64,000 nt of DNA from positions 11,638 to 75,637 of the forward strand of contig JAOAHJ010000026.1 in assembly GCA_026415295.1 (NCBI GenBank), in the 5' to 3' direction. Shown piece after piece: positions 1 to 8,985 of the stretch. The notes beneath the pieces are model-generated. The model saw only the letters and a list, made by a program, of their open reading frames with translations. It had not been told where the DNA came from and did no database searches. A program made the translations under genes and the position numbers. Position 1 is the first letter of the stretch, and each line of letters begins with the position of its first letter. The stretch comes from Spirochaetota bacterium. GTDB taxonomy: Bacteria; Spirochaetota; JAAYUW01; JAOAHJ01.

Positions 1-857
1 GAATTTTTAAATAAAAAGAAAAAATAGTTTTTAATAAGGAAAAAATCATTTTTAGAATCAAAGTATAGCATTGGAAAATATAAAACAAAAACAATCAATA
101 ACCCTAGAATAATATAATAAAGATTGAATTTTAACTTAATATTTGAACTTAAAGATTCTAAAAAATATTTAAGTTTAAACAATCTTAAAACAACAAAAAT
201 TAAAAAAGCACCAATGCAATAAATAACTATCATATGAAAAAATGGCATTATTGCTAAGGAAAGAATGATACCAAATATTGATTTCTCATTTCCCTTATAA
301 AACCATTTATAAAAATCGATAAAAAACCAAGTAATAATAGGTATTACAAAATAAGGATTCCAGTAAGAGTTCGTATACTTAACACACCATGGAGAAAATG
401 AATAAAATATTAAAGAAATTAAAGAAATAATTTTCGCTTTTTCTAATTCACTAAAATTATTTTTATTTTTTTCTAAATTATCTTCTTTATTATCTCCAAA
501 AAGAATAAAACATAGTTTTCTTATCAGAAAGAAAGATAAAATATACACAAATATCATAAAATAGTTTAAAGCTTTTACTGTATTAAATATTTTTATTAAT
601 AAAAAAGCTATTAAATTTTGCCATGGACCAGGATTTCTAAATAGAACCTTTTGATGTGAAAAATAGTAAAGATTCATAGCATATTCTATAGCATCTACTT
701 CATCTATTTTGGAAAAGTGATTTGAAGCATAACCATACTCTATAGAATAAACTCTCAATAAGATCCCCAAAAATAGTATAAAGACCAAAAGAATTTTTTC
801 CTTTTTAATAGAAAATTTTCTAAATCTTATAAAATAATCCTCAAAAATAGTTTTCAT
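1..857 (-). CDS. Partial (N-terminal ~285 aa; runs off window start) polytopic membrane protein, GT-C-type (ArnT/PMT-like) glycosyltransferase candidate
   Basis: Manual translation of the minus strand from ATG at 855-857 stays open to position 1. Many predicted TM helices; first loop carries an acidic D-E-x-D motif (KIDEVDAIEYA) as in GT-C enzymes. Absent from ORF track because the stop lies outside the window. Confidence 0.45.
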   Translation of the reverse strand, partial: MKTIFEDYFIRFRKFSIKKEKILLVFILFLGILLRVYSIEYGYASNHFSKIDEVDAIEYAMNLYYFSHQKVLFRNPGPWQNLIAFLLIKIFNTVKALNYFMIFVYILSFFLIRKLCFILFGDNKEDNLEKNKNNFSELEKAKIISLISLIFYSFSPWCVKYTNSYWNPYFVIPIITWFFIDFYKWFYKGNEKSIFGIILSLAIMPFFHMIVIYCIGAFLIFVVLRLFKLKYFLESLSSNIKLKFNLYYIILGLLIVFVLYFPMLYFDSKNDFFLIKNYFFFLFKN

Positions 858-1046
858 TTTTTGTTTCTCCTATTATTTTTTGAAACATATTATACTTAAT
901 TAATAGCTTCTAAAATAATTATATATTTGATTATATTTTTTTTTCTATTAAATTTTACTAAATCAAAAAATAATAAAAAAAAATTTTTTTATAATTAAAA
1001 CAAATTTTTAAAATTAATAAAAAAATCTAGATACACCTAGTATATT

Positions 1047-1886
1047 ATGAAAGAAATTAATGGCAGAATGTATTCTCTAATCTATGCTACGGCTGGTATA
1101 GGTAAAAGATTTGGTTTTCGCATACCTAAGCAATTTTATAAAGTTTATGGCATACCTCTTTTTATATATCCACTCCTAAAAATACTTCTTGTTGATAAAA
1201 TTTCAGAGATTATTTTTATTATAAATAAAGAGTTTGAAAAAAAATACTTTGAATATATTGAAACCTTTTTTTATGTAAAAGAGGATATTTTTAGCTATTT
1301 TTCTAACAAAAAGATTAATAAAAAAATATTAGATAAACTTATTAAAATTATTTTAAGGATAGATATATCAAAAAAAAGATTAAAATTCTGTTATGGTGGA
1401 GATATAAGGCAAGAATCAATTTACAATGGTCTAAAAATAGCAGATGAGGATAAAGTATTAATTTATGAATCATCAAGACCTTTTATAACATGTAATTATT
1501 TTGAAAAAATAATAAGTGACCCTTTTGAAAATATTACATATGGGGATGAAGTAAGATTTACTGTTTTGGAGTTTGAGAATAGAGTAAATTTAGAAAATCA
1601 AACTCAAACATATAATGTTTCAAATAAATATATAAACAGAATATTAGAAAGAGAAAAACTTGTGAATATTCAACTCCCCCAGAAATTTAAAAAAAATGAG
1701 TTAATGCTTGCACATGAAAAAGCAAAAAGAGATAAAAAAATATTTACGGATGATTCTTCATTACTCTTTTATTATGGAAAAGATATAAAAATATTAAAAG
1801 GAAACCCAGAAAATATAAAGATAACTTATAAAGAAGAGATAGATCTGTATAAAAGACTTTTTAAAAAATACTTAGATAATATATAA
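1047..1886 (+). CDS. ispD: IspD/TarI-family sugar-phosphate cytidylyltransferase (MEP cytidylyltransferase-like)
   Basis: N-terminal AGIGKRFG...PKQF motif, central YGGDIRQESIYNGL and ESSRP motifs, C-terminal TDDSSL...ENIKIT motif typical of IspD family. About 45-aa insertion relative to canonical IspD, so CDP-alditol/other substrate is not excluded. Confidence 0.55.
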   Translation: MKEINGRMYSLIYATAGIGKRFGFRIPKQFYKVYGIPLFIYPLLKILLVDKISEIIFIINKEFEKKYFEYIETFFYVKEDIFSYFSNKKINKKILDKLIKIILRIDISKKRLKFCYGGDIRQESIYNGLKIADEDKVLIYESSRPFITCNYFEKIISDPFENITYGDEVRFTVLEFENRVNLENQTQTYNVSNKYINRILEREKLVNIQLPQKFKKNELMLAHEKAKRDKKIFTDDSSLLFYYGKDIKILKGNPENIKITYKEEIDLYKRLFKKYLDNI

Positions 1887-1961
1887 TAAATTTGATAGCT
1901 TTTAAATATTTTATATTTTACATTTAGTATTTTGGTTATATTTATTTTTTATTTTCAATAA

Positions 1962-2708
1962 TTAATAAAATTTCATAAATCTCAATTTCCATACATTAAC
2001 AACGGCTTCTAAAAATATTTTTTTACTCATTTTAGATTTTCCGTTTGTTCTATCAACAAAAACAATTGGGATCTCTTTATACTTAAAACCTTTTTTATAA
2101 GCTCTATATTTTAACTCTATCTGAAAGGAATAACCATTAGAAATTATCTTATCAAGATCAATTGATAATAAAACTTCTTTTTTCCACAAATTGAAACCAC
2201 CAGTAAAATCATTTATATTTATCCACAATATTATTTTTGAATAAAGAGAACCACCTCTTGAAACAAACCTTCTTATAAATCCCCAATTTCTTACATCCCC
2301 TCCTTTAATATATCTTGAACCAATAATAAAATCAGCTTCTTTTGTAGCTTCAAGCATATCTTTAATATAAACAGGATTATGAGAAAAATCAGCATCCATC
2401 TGGCAAATATAATCAAATGAAGATTCAATTCCCCACTTAAAACCTTCAATATAAGCAGTCCCTAAACCCAATTTTCCTGACCTTTTTATAATATTAATCT
2501 TACCTTTGGGGTATTCATAAGATAGATCTTCTATAATAGTAGCAGTTCCATCTGGTGAATTATCATCAACAAAAAGAAGATGAGTAATATCCCATATTTT
2601 ATTGCCTTCAAAGTGGAGTTTTGTTAATATTTCTTCAATATTTTCAACTAAACTTACTACATTATCTTTTTCATTGTAGGTTGGAATAACTATTAATAAT
2701 TTTCTCAT
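1962..2708 (-). CDS. GT2 polyprenyl-phosphate sugar synthase (dolichol-phosphate-mannose synthase / GtrB-ArnC-like)
   Basis: IPTYNE start, [16 protein letters not shown] motif characteristic of DPM1-like GT2 enzymes; 248 aa soluble-type. Confidence 0.8.
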   Translation of the reverse strand: MRKLLIVIPTYNEKDNVVSLVENIEEILTKLHFEGNKIWDITHLLFVDDNSPDGTATIIEDLSYEYPKGKINIIKRSGKLGLGTAYIEGFKWGIESSFDYICQMDADFSHNPVYIKDMLEATKEADFIIGSRYIKGGDVRNWGFIRRFVSRGGSLYSKIILWININDFTGGFNLWKKEVLLSIDLDKIISNGYSFQIELKYRAYKKGFKYKEIPIVFVDRTNGKSKMSKKIFLEAVVNVWKLRFMKFY

Positions 2709-2768
2709 TATAACCTCATTTGCTTTTTGTTTTTTATTTTATTTCTATATTTTTTTATTTGTTGTCTA

Positions 2769-3245
2769 TCATTTTTTCATTTTATCTATCTTAAATACAA
2801 TAAAGTGTGAACCTAAATAATTTAGAATCATTCCTCCAATTATACCCACTGCTTGAGCTATAATTTTATAACTAAATTTAATTATATCAACAAGAATAAA
2901 TAATATTAAAAGATTCATTAACAAACCTGTTAAACTCACAAATACAAACTTGAAATAATTTTGAAAACTTAATTTTTTTTCTTCATTTATTTTATAACTT
3001 TTTTGATCACCATTTAAATTTATTTTTTCCAATTTTTCTTTTTTTAATGAAAATGTCCATAATGAATTAATTATATAATTTTGAGTAACAGCAATAGAAA
3101 AAGCTATTATAGAACAAATTAAATGATTTATTTTTAAAAAATAGTTTGTAATGTAAAAAACAACTAAATTTGTTATAGTCCCAAGACCACCAGTAATCCC
3201 AAATTTAATAATTCTAAAAAAATTATTTTTAATAAATTTTATCAA
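2769..3245 (-). CDS. GtrA-family small membrane protein (polyprenyl-phosphate-sugar flippase-like)
   Basis: 158 aa, four TM segments, FGITGGLGTITNLVVFY N-terminal signature of GtrA family; immediately upstream (same strand) of DPM-synthase-like gene. Confidence 0.7.
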   Translation of the reverse strand: MIKFIKNNFFRIIKFGITGGLGTITNLVVFYITNYFLKINHLICSIIAFSIAVTQNYIINSLWTFSLKKEKLEKINLNGDQKSYKINEEKKLSFQNYFKFVFVSLTGLLMNLLILFILVDIIKFSYKIIAQAVGIIGGMILNYLGSHFIVFKIDKMKK

Positions 3246-3390
3246 ATTTCCTCCAAAATTATAAAATTAATTTTCAATAAAAAATTATCATAAAATAAGT
3301 CTTTTATTTGTTAATAAAAAAACACAATGTTTTTTAATTTCAAGTTTTATTTATTTTGAAAATTTTTATTTTTTTGTTAATCTTAACTAA

Positions 3391-4281
3391 ATGGAGATTA
3401 TCAAAACAGACAAAATGTTTGAACCAGATATATCAATAATAATACCTGTTTATAATGAAGAAAAATATCTTCCTTATGTTATAGAATCTTTAAAATATCA
3501 AAAGACAGATTATAAAGCAGAAGTTATTCTTATAGACGATTGTTCAACAGATAATACATATAAAATTGCAGAAGAAGCTGGTTTCACTGTTTATAAAAAT
3601 ATAATTGATACTGAGGGAAAGAAATTAACAGTAACTGAGATGAGAAATTTTGGAGTTTCTAAATCTCATGGAAAAACAATATATCATATGGATGGTGACA
3701 CTATTTTTTCAGAAAACTTTTTTCAAAATATGCTTGATCCAATATTAAAAGAAGGTTTTGATATAACACTTGTATTTAAACATAAACCTTTTGAAACAAA
3801 AATAAAAAAAGTTTTTCCTTCAAAGTATTCAAAGTCTTTTGCATTCATTATAAATAATCTCCCATCTATACTATTTCTAAAAATACCTGTTAGATTTTTT
3901 ATATGGATTTCAAATTGGTTAAAAAAAATGTTAAAAGAAAAAAAATATATTTCTATTTTCGAGATCCCAGATAGAGTTAACGGTTCAGCTTTACTTGTTA
4001 AAAGAGATATTGCAATAAATTCAGGAGGATGGAAGAAACCTTTTGGCTCACATGCTGATACAGATTATTGTTTAAATTGCTTCAAATTTGCTAAAAAAGT
4101 TAAATGGATTACAAATGTTACTCTATTCTATTCAATAAGAAGACACTTCCCAGAAAACGATTTATGGATTTTTGAAAAAATATTTTCTCCATTTATCAAT
4201 ATTCTTGATAAAATATTCAAGATAAAATCTAAAAAACATAGGAACGAAAAAGGGTATATTAAACCTGAAGGTAAAAGATAG
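3391..4281 (+). CDS. Family 2 glycosyltransferase
   Basis: ISIIIPVYNEEKYLPYVIESL...ILIDDCSTDNT GT-A fold N-terminus with DxD region. Confidence 0.75.
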   Translation: MEIIKTDKMFEPDISIIIPVYNEEKYLPYVIESLKYQKTDYKAEVILIDDCSTDNTYKIAEEAGFTVYKNIIDTEGKKLTVTEMRNFGVSKSHGKTIYHMDGDTIFSENFFQNMLDPILKEGFDITLVFKHKPFETKIKKVFPSKYSKSFAFIINNLPSILFLKIPVRFFIWISNWLKKMLKEKKYISIFEIPDRVNGSALLVKRDIAINSGGWKKPFGSHADTDYCLNCFKFAKKVKWITNVTLFYSIRRHFPENDLWIFEKIFSPFINILDKIFKIKSKKHRNEKGYIKPEGKR

Positions 4282-4294
4282 AAGAGGGAATTAG

Positions 4295-6196
4295 GTGAGA
4301 ACAATAGTAAAATTAATTAAAATTTTTATTAAAAGAAATTTCTTTTTATTCTTTATAACTTCAATAATGATTTTATTATCCTCAATTTTAACTATTTTTC
4401 AAGCTGAAGCAGGACAAGCTTTCTTCAGTATAATTAACCAAATTTCTTTTCAAAAAAATATAAACACCAATATTGATAAAGATAATAAGCAGACAAACTT
4501 CAAAAGTTTTATTTCAAATCTCCTTAAAGCAAGATCGATAGATGATGCTGTCAAAATTCTAGTAGAAAGTAGAAATCTTTTATACATTTTTCTATCAGGT
4601 ATTTTTATAATTTGTCTTTTTTTTCTTTATCAACTATTCTTTTATTTACAAAATTGTTTTAGTGGTACACTTGGGCTTGAAGTTTCCTTAGAATATTTAA
4701 GAAAAACTTTCAATAAATTACTTTTTTTACCATCAATATTTTACAAAGGAAAAGGTCAAACTGGTGATCTAATTTCGAGGTTAACAAATGATATTCAAAA
4801 TATAAGAGTTTACTCTTTATATATCCTTATTACTCTCTTTTCTACTCCTATTCTTGTTATATTTTCAGTTTTCATGTTACTTAAAAAAAGTTTAAAATTT
4901 ACTCTCGTAATAGTAGGTTTTGGTCTTATTGCTTTTTTGATAATTAATATTATTTCAAAAATTATCAAAAAATTTGCAACAATAAATATGCAAAAAATTT
5001 CAAAAACAACAGATTATATAAATAAAACAATATATGGTATTGATATAATAAAAATATTCAATAAAAATCAAAAAGAGAAAGAAAATTTTGATAGAGAGTT
5101 AAAAGAGTATAAAAAATCTTTTATTAATAGATTTTTTCTTGAATTCTCAGTAAGACCTTTAACAGAACTTATTGGAGCATCTATACTTATATTTGTACTT
5201 CTTGTAGGAGCTTATTTGATATGGCAGGGAAGAATGTCTATTGAAAAGATTTTTGGATTCATTATATACCTTCTTATTTTAAGTCCAAAGGCAAATGAAC
5301 TCTCATCTCTTCTCTCAAATATAAAGATACTGGAAGCTTCTATCGAAAGAATAGAAGAGATTCTGCTACTTGAAAATGAAGATATCCATTTTGGTAAAAA
5401 AGAATTAAAAAAATTTGAAGGTGAAATAGAATTTAAAAATGTATCATTTTCTTATGATAAATTTTATTCTAAACAAAATTTAATAAATAAAAACATAAGT
5501 AATGAAACCACGATTCAGTTTCCTCACCAGCTAAAAAATGTATCTTTTAAGATTAATAAAAATGAATTTGTTGCAATAGTCGGCCCTTCTGGTTCTGGCA
5601 AAAGTACAATTGTTAATTTAATCTCAAGCCTTATCTATCCAACTTCTGGAGAAATTTTATTTGATGGTGTTAACTATCAAGAATACACTCTTGAATCTAT
5701 TAGATACCACATATCTTATGTTACTCAAGAAACAATTTTATTTCCTGACACTATTTATAATAATATAGCTTTTGGTATAAATAATACTAATATGGATGAA
5801 GTAATTTATTATTCAAAAATTGCTTTTGCTTATGATTTTATTATGAAATTACCAGACAAATATAATACAGTTATTGGTGAAAGAGGGGCAAAACTTTCAG
5901 GTGGTGAAAAACAGAGAATTGCCATAGCTCGTGCTTTAATTAAAAAACCTAAAGTCTTAATATTTGATGAAGCTACATCAAATCTTGATAATGAATCAGA
6001 AAATTTTATAACAAAAGCTATGGAAAATATATCGAAGCTTCAGACTACTATTGTAATAGCTCATAGACTATCTACTATATTAAAAGCAGATAAAATAATA
6101 GTCCTAAAAGAAGGAAAAATTGTTGATATAGGTAAACATTTTGAACTAATCGAAAGATGTGAGTTATATAAAAATTTACAACAAATTAATTTTTAA
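4295..6196 (+). CDS. ABC exporter, fused permease/ATPase (MsbA-like type I exporter)
   Basis: Six N-terminal TM helices, Walker A GPSGSGKST, signature LSGGEKQRIAIARAL, Walker B ILIFDEATSNLD. Apparent GTG start 14 nt after preceding GT2 stop with GAGGGA SD. Confidence 0.9.
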   Translation: MRTIVKLIKIFIKRNFFLFFITSIMILLSSILTIFQAEAGQAFFSIINQISFQKNINTNIDKDNKQTNFKSFISNLLKARSIDDAVKILVESRNLLYIFLSGIFIICLFFLYQLFFYLQNCFSGTLGLEVSLEYLRKTFNKLLFLPSIFYKGKGQTGDLISRLTNDIQNIRVYSLYILITLFSTPILVIFSVFMLLKKSLKFTLVIVGFGLIAFLIINIISKIIKKFATINMQKISKTTDYINKTIYGIDIIKIFNKNQKEKENFDRELKEYKKSFINRFFLEFSVRPLTELIGASILIFVLLVGAYLIWQGRMSIEKIFGFIIYLLILSPKANELSSLLSNIKILEASIERIEEILLLENEDIHFGKKELKKFEGEIEFKNVSFSYDKFYSKQNLINKNISNETTIQFPHQLKNVSFKINKNEFVAIVGPSGSGKSTIVNLISSLIYPTSGEILFDGVNYQEYTLESIRYHISYVTQETILFPDTIYNNIAFGINNTNMDEVIYYSKIAFAYDFIMKLPDKYNTVIGERGAKLSGGEKQRIAIARALIKKPKVLIFDEATSNLDNESENFITKAMENISKLQTTIVIAHRLSTILKADKIIVLKEGKIVDIGKHFELIERCELYKNLQQINF

Positions 6197-6252
6197 TTTG
6201 TATCTTTAATCTATTTTTGTTTAGTAAGAAATAGGACTTAAATAATTAAAAA

Positions 6253-7647
6253 CTATTCCACAAAAATAAAATCTATAAATTCAAGATATGATAGAAGATT
6301 AATAAAAAAATAATTCTTTTCAAAATCTTCATTTTTTATTTTAATAATCAAAACTCTTTTATTTTCTTCAATATTAAAATCTTCTTGTTGTTTTATCTCT
6401 TTTGAAATATCTATATTTTTACATTCAAGTTCTTTTAAGTCTTTTAGTTTATTTATATTTCTTATAATTTTTTCAAAAAATAAATTGTTTAAATCAGAAG
6501 GCAATTCCTTTAAATTCATAACTATATTTTCATAATTAATAAAAATAGCTTCAAACTTCTTTATATTTAAATAATTTAATATTATCTCTTTTTTGCTTTT
6601 TTCTTTTACAATCTTATCATCAATATCATAGTAATGAAATTCATATAGATCATATAAAGTAATAGGAACTGTTCCTACTTTTTGCACTACTATTGAAGCA
6701 CAGGTGTTTGCAAATTTTATAGAATCTTCAATCGTCTCACCACTTAAATAAGCAAGGGTTATTGCGGCAGAAACTGTATCTCCAGCTCCAGAAACATCAT
6801 ATACTTCTTTTGCATAAGCCCTAAAATGCTTAACACCATATTTGTTAGCTAATGAAATTCCTTTTGCTGATCTTGTTAAAACAATATTTTCAAAACTATA
6901 TTTCTTCAGAATGCTTAATGAAGCTTCCTCTATTATCTTATCTTCATTTTGCAAAAAGCTCCCATAAGCATCAGATAACTCTTTTAGATTAGGTTTAATA
7001 ATAAAAGCACCCTCATATTTTTTCCAGTTTTTTGATTTAGGATCAACAATTATAAACTTCTTTTTTTTATTACATAGATCTATTATTTCTCTGCATAACC
7101 AAAATGAACATACACCCTTATTATAATCAGAAATAATAACACCATCATAATCATCTATTATATCTTTAAATTTTTCTATTATTTTATAATGATTTATATT
7201 TTTTCTCTCTTTATTTTGATTTAATTTTTCTTTCATTCTCTCTTCTGTTTCTAAGTCAAAATTATTAAAAAACTTAAATGGATCATCCTCGAAATCCACC
7301 CTTGCTATTTGTTGCCTATTATCTCCAGAGATTCTTATTTTTGTTACAGTTTTTAGTTCTGTTTCAATTATATAATTTTTTATATTCTCTTTTTCTAAAA
7401 TATTCTTTAATTCTTTTCCATTCTCATCATTTCCACAAAAACCCAATAAAAAAGATTTCCCTCCAAGCTTATTAATATTATTACACACATTTGCAGCTCC
7501 ACCTGGATTAAATTTCACAGTTTCAACATTTACAACGGGAACAGGAGCTTCAGGAGATATTCTTTTAACAATGCCTGAATAATAACCATCAAGAATAATA
7601 TCTCCAACAACAATCACTTTAATATTTGAAAAATCTTTTATTCTCAT
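6253..7647 (-). CDS. HldE/RfaE domain-I-like sugar kinase (PfkB family) with extra ~140-aa C-terminal domain of unknown function
   Basis: VIVVGDIILDGYY...RISPEAPVPVV...GGAANV N-terminus and GAGDTV...PfkB C-motif match D-glycero-beta-D-manno-heptose-7-phosphate kinase domain. No nucleotidyltransferase domain II; C-terminal K/E-rich tail unrecognised. Confidence 0.7.
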   Translation of the reverse strand: MRIKDFSNIKVIVVGDIILDGYYSGIVKRISPEAPVPVVNVETVKFNPGGAANVCNNINKLGGKSFLLGFCGNDENGKELKNILEKENIKNYIIETELKTVTKIRISGDNRQQIARVDFEDDPFKFFNNFDLETEERMKEKLNQNKERKNINHYKIIEKFKDIIDDYDGVIISDYNKGVCSFWLCREIIDLCNKKKKFIIVDPKSKNWKKYEGAFIIKPNLKELSDAYGSFLQNEDKIIEEASLSILKKYSFENIVLTRSAKGISLANKYGVKHFRAYAKEVYDVSGAGDTVSAAITLAYLSGETIEDSIKFANTCASIVVQKVGTVPITLYDLYEFHYYDIDDKIVKEKSKKEIILNYLNIKKFEAIFINYENIVMNLKELPSDLNNLFFEKIIRNINKLKDLKELECKNIDISKEIKQQEDFNIEENKRVLIIKIKNEDFEKNYFFINLLSYLEFIDFIFVE

Positions 7648-7845
7648 AATTTTCTCTTACCCACTTAATATTTCTTAATACATTTTTTATACATTTTCTA
7701 AATTTTTTTATATTATTTTTTATATTATTAAAGTTATTTTTAACCTTATTATCTTAAATTATTAATTTGTCAAAAAAAAATTTTTATATAAATTTTTTAA
7801 GATATTTAAATAAAAAAAACTAAAACACACAAACAGGAATCTTTT

Positions 7846-8898
7846 ATGAATATTTTAATAATAGGTGAAAAATATTTTGCACAAAAAATAAAAAATTCTT
7901 TAGAAAAATTTGACAAAAATAATAAATATTATTTTACAAATACTTATAAAAACCCACTTGGAATAATTAAATATTTTTTCTTACTTTTAAAATCTAATTT
8001 ACTTATCTCAATAAAAGGATATATAAGAAAAAAAAATGAGATTGAAATTGCATTCTTGTTTAGAAAAAAAATAATTTTTTTTTGGATTGGTTCAGATGTT
8101 TTGGATGCTATTAAAGTTTTTAATATAAATAGAATATCAAAAAAATATATAGAAAAACCATACCATTTTTGTGAAGTAGAGTGGATAAGAGATGAGCTTA
8201 AGAAAGTAGGAGTAGAAGCTAAAATATTAAATTTTGTTTCTATAAAAATGCCAAAAATTTTTTTAAAGAATGATTATGTTAATTTAGGCCAAGGGCAAAA
8301 TATAGATTCTTTAATAACTAAATCTTATGATCTCCTAAACAAAGCATACTGTGAAAATAAAACTCATTTTATTATATTATCATATATTAACAAAAATAGA
8401 CCTGAATTTTATGGGTTAACAAAAATAATTAATATTGCTTCAGACTTAACAAATTTTGAAAAACAGAATAATTCAAAAGTTAAAATCAAGTTTATAATAA
8501 CTGGAATTACAGAAAATGAGACTATAAGATATTATAAAAAAAATAATAAATTAATTAATATTCCTGAAAATATTTTTTTTAAGGGATACATAAATAGTAT
8601 GGAACAAGAATATTTAAACTCTCATTTATTTCTTAGGCTAATAGAACATGATGGGTTGTCAACTTCTGTTTTAGAAGCTCTTTCCTACGGAAAACATATT
8701 ATTTATACATATAATTTTCCATATATTTATGGGGTAAAAGAAATTGATCCAATTAAAGAAAAAATAATTGAACTTTATCATAAATTTTTAAATAATGAAT
8801 TAAAAGCAAATATAGAAGGTATAAAATTTGTTTTATCGAACTATATTGAGGATATTACAAATAAAAAAATATTGGAAATAATAAAAAAAATTACATAA
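7846..8898 (+). CDS. Putative GT-B fold glycosyltransferase (GT4-like)
   Basis: C-terminal HDGLSTSVLEALSYGKHII resembles E-x7-E region of GT4 retaining glycosyltransferases; otherwise weak. Confidence 0.45.
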   Translation: MNILIIGEKYFAQKIKNSLEKFDKNNKYYFTNTYKNPLGIIKYFFLLLKSNLLISIKGYIRKKNEIEIAFLFRKKIIFFWIGSDVLDAIKVFNINRISKKYIEKPYHFCEVEWIRDELKKVGVEAKILNFVSIKMPKIFLKNDYVNLGQGQNIDSLITKSYDLLNKAYCENKTHFIILSYINKNRPEFYGLTKIINIASDLTNFEKQNNSKVKIKFIITGITENETIRYYKKNNKLINIPENIFFKGYINSMEQEYLNSHLFLRLIEHDGLSTSVLEALSYGKHIIYTYNFPYIYGVKEIDPIKEKIIELYHKFLNNELKANIEGIKFVLSNYIEDITNKKILEIIKKIT

Positions 8899-8985
8899 TA
8901 AATTAATAAATAGATTTAAAATTTGAATTAATTTTTTTTTATATTATTATCTTGAAAACAATTTCTTCCAAAAAAATAATAAAAG

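Noticed and set aside
7278-7475. 65-aa plus-strand ORF inside the HldE-like kinase gene
   Set aside because: Lies fully inside a well-supported minus-strand CDS; low-complexity translation; typical antisense artefact.
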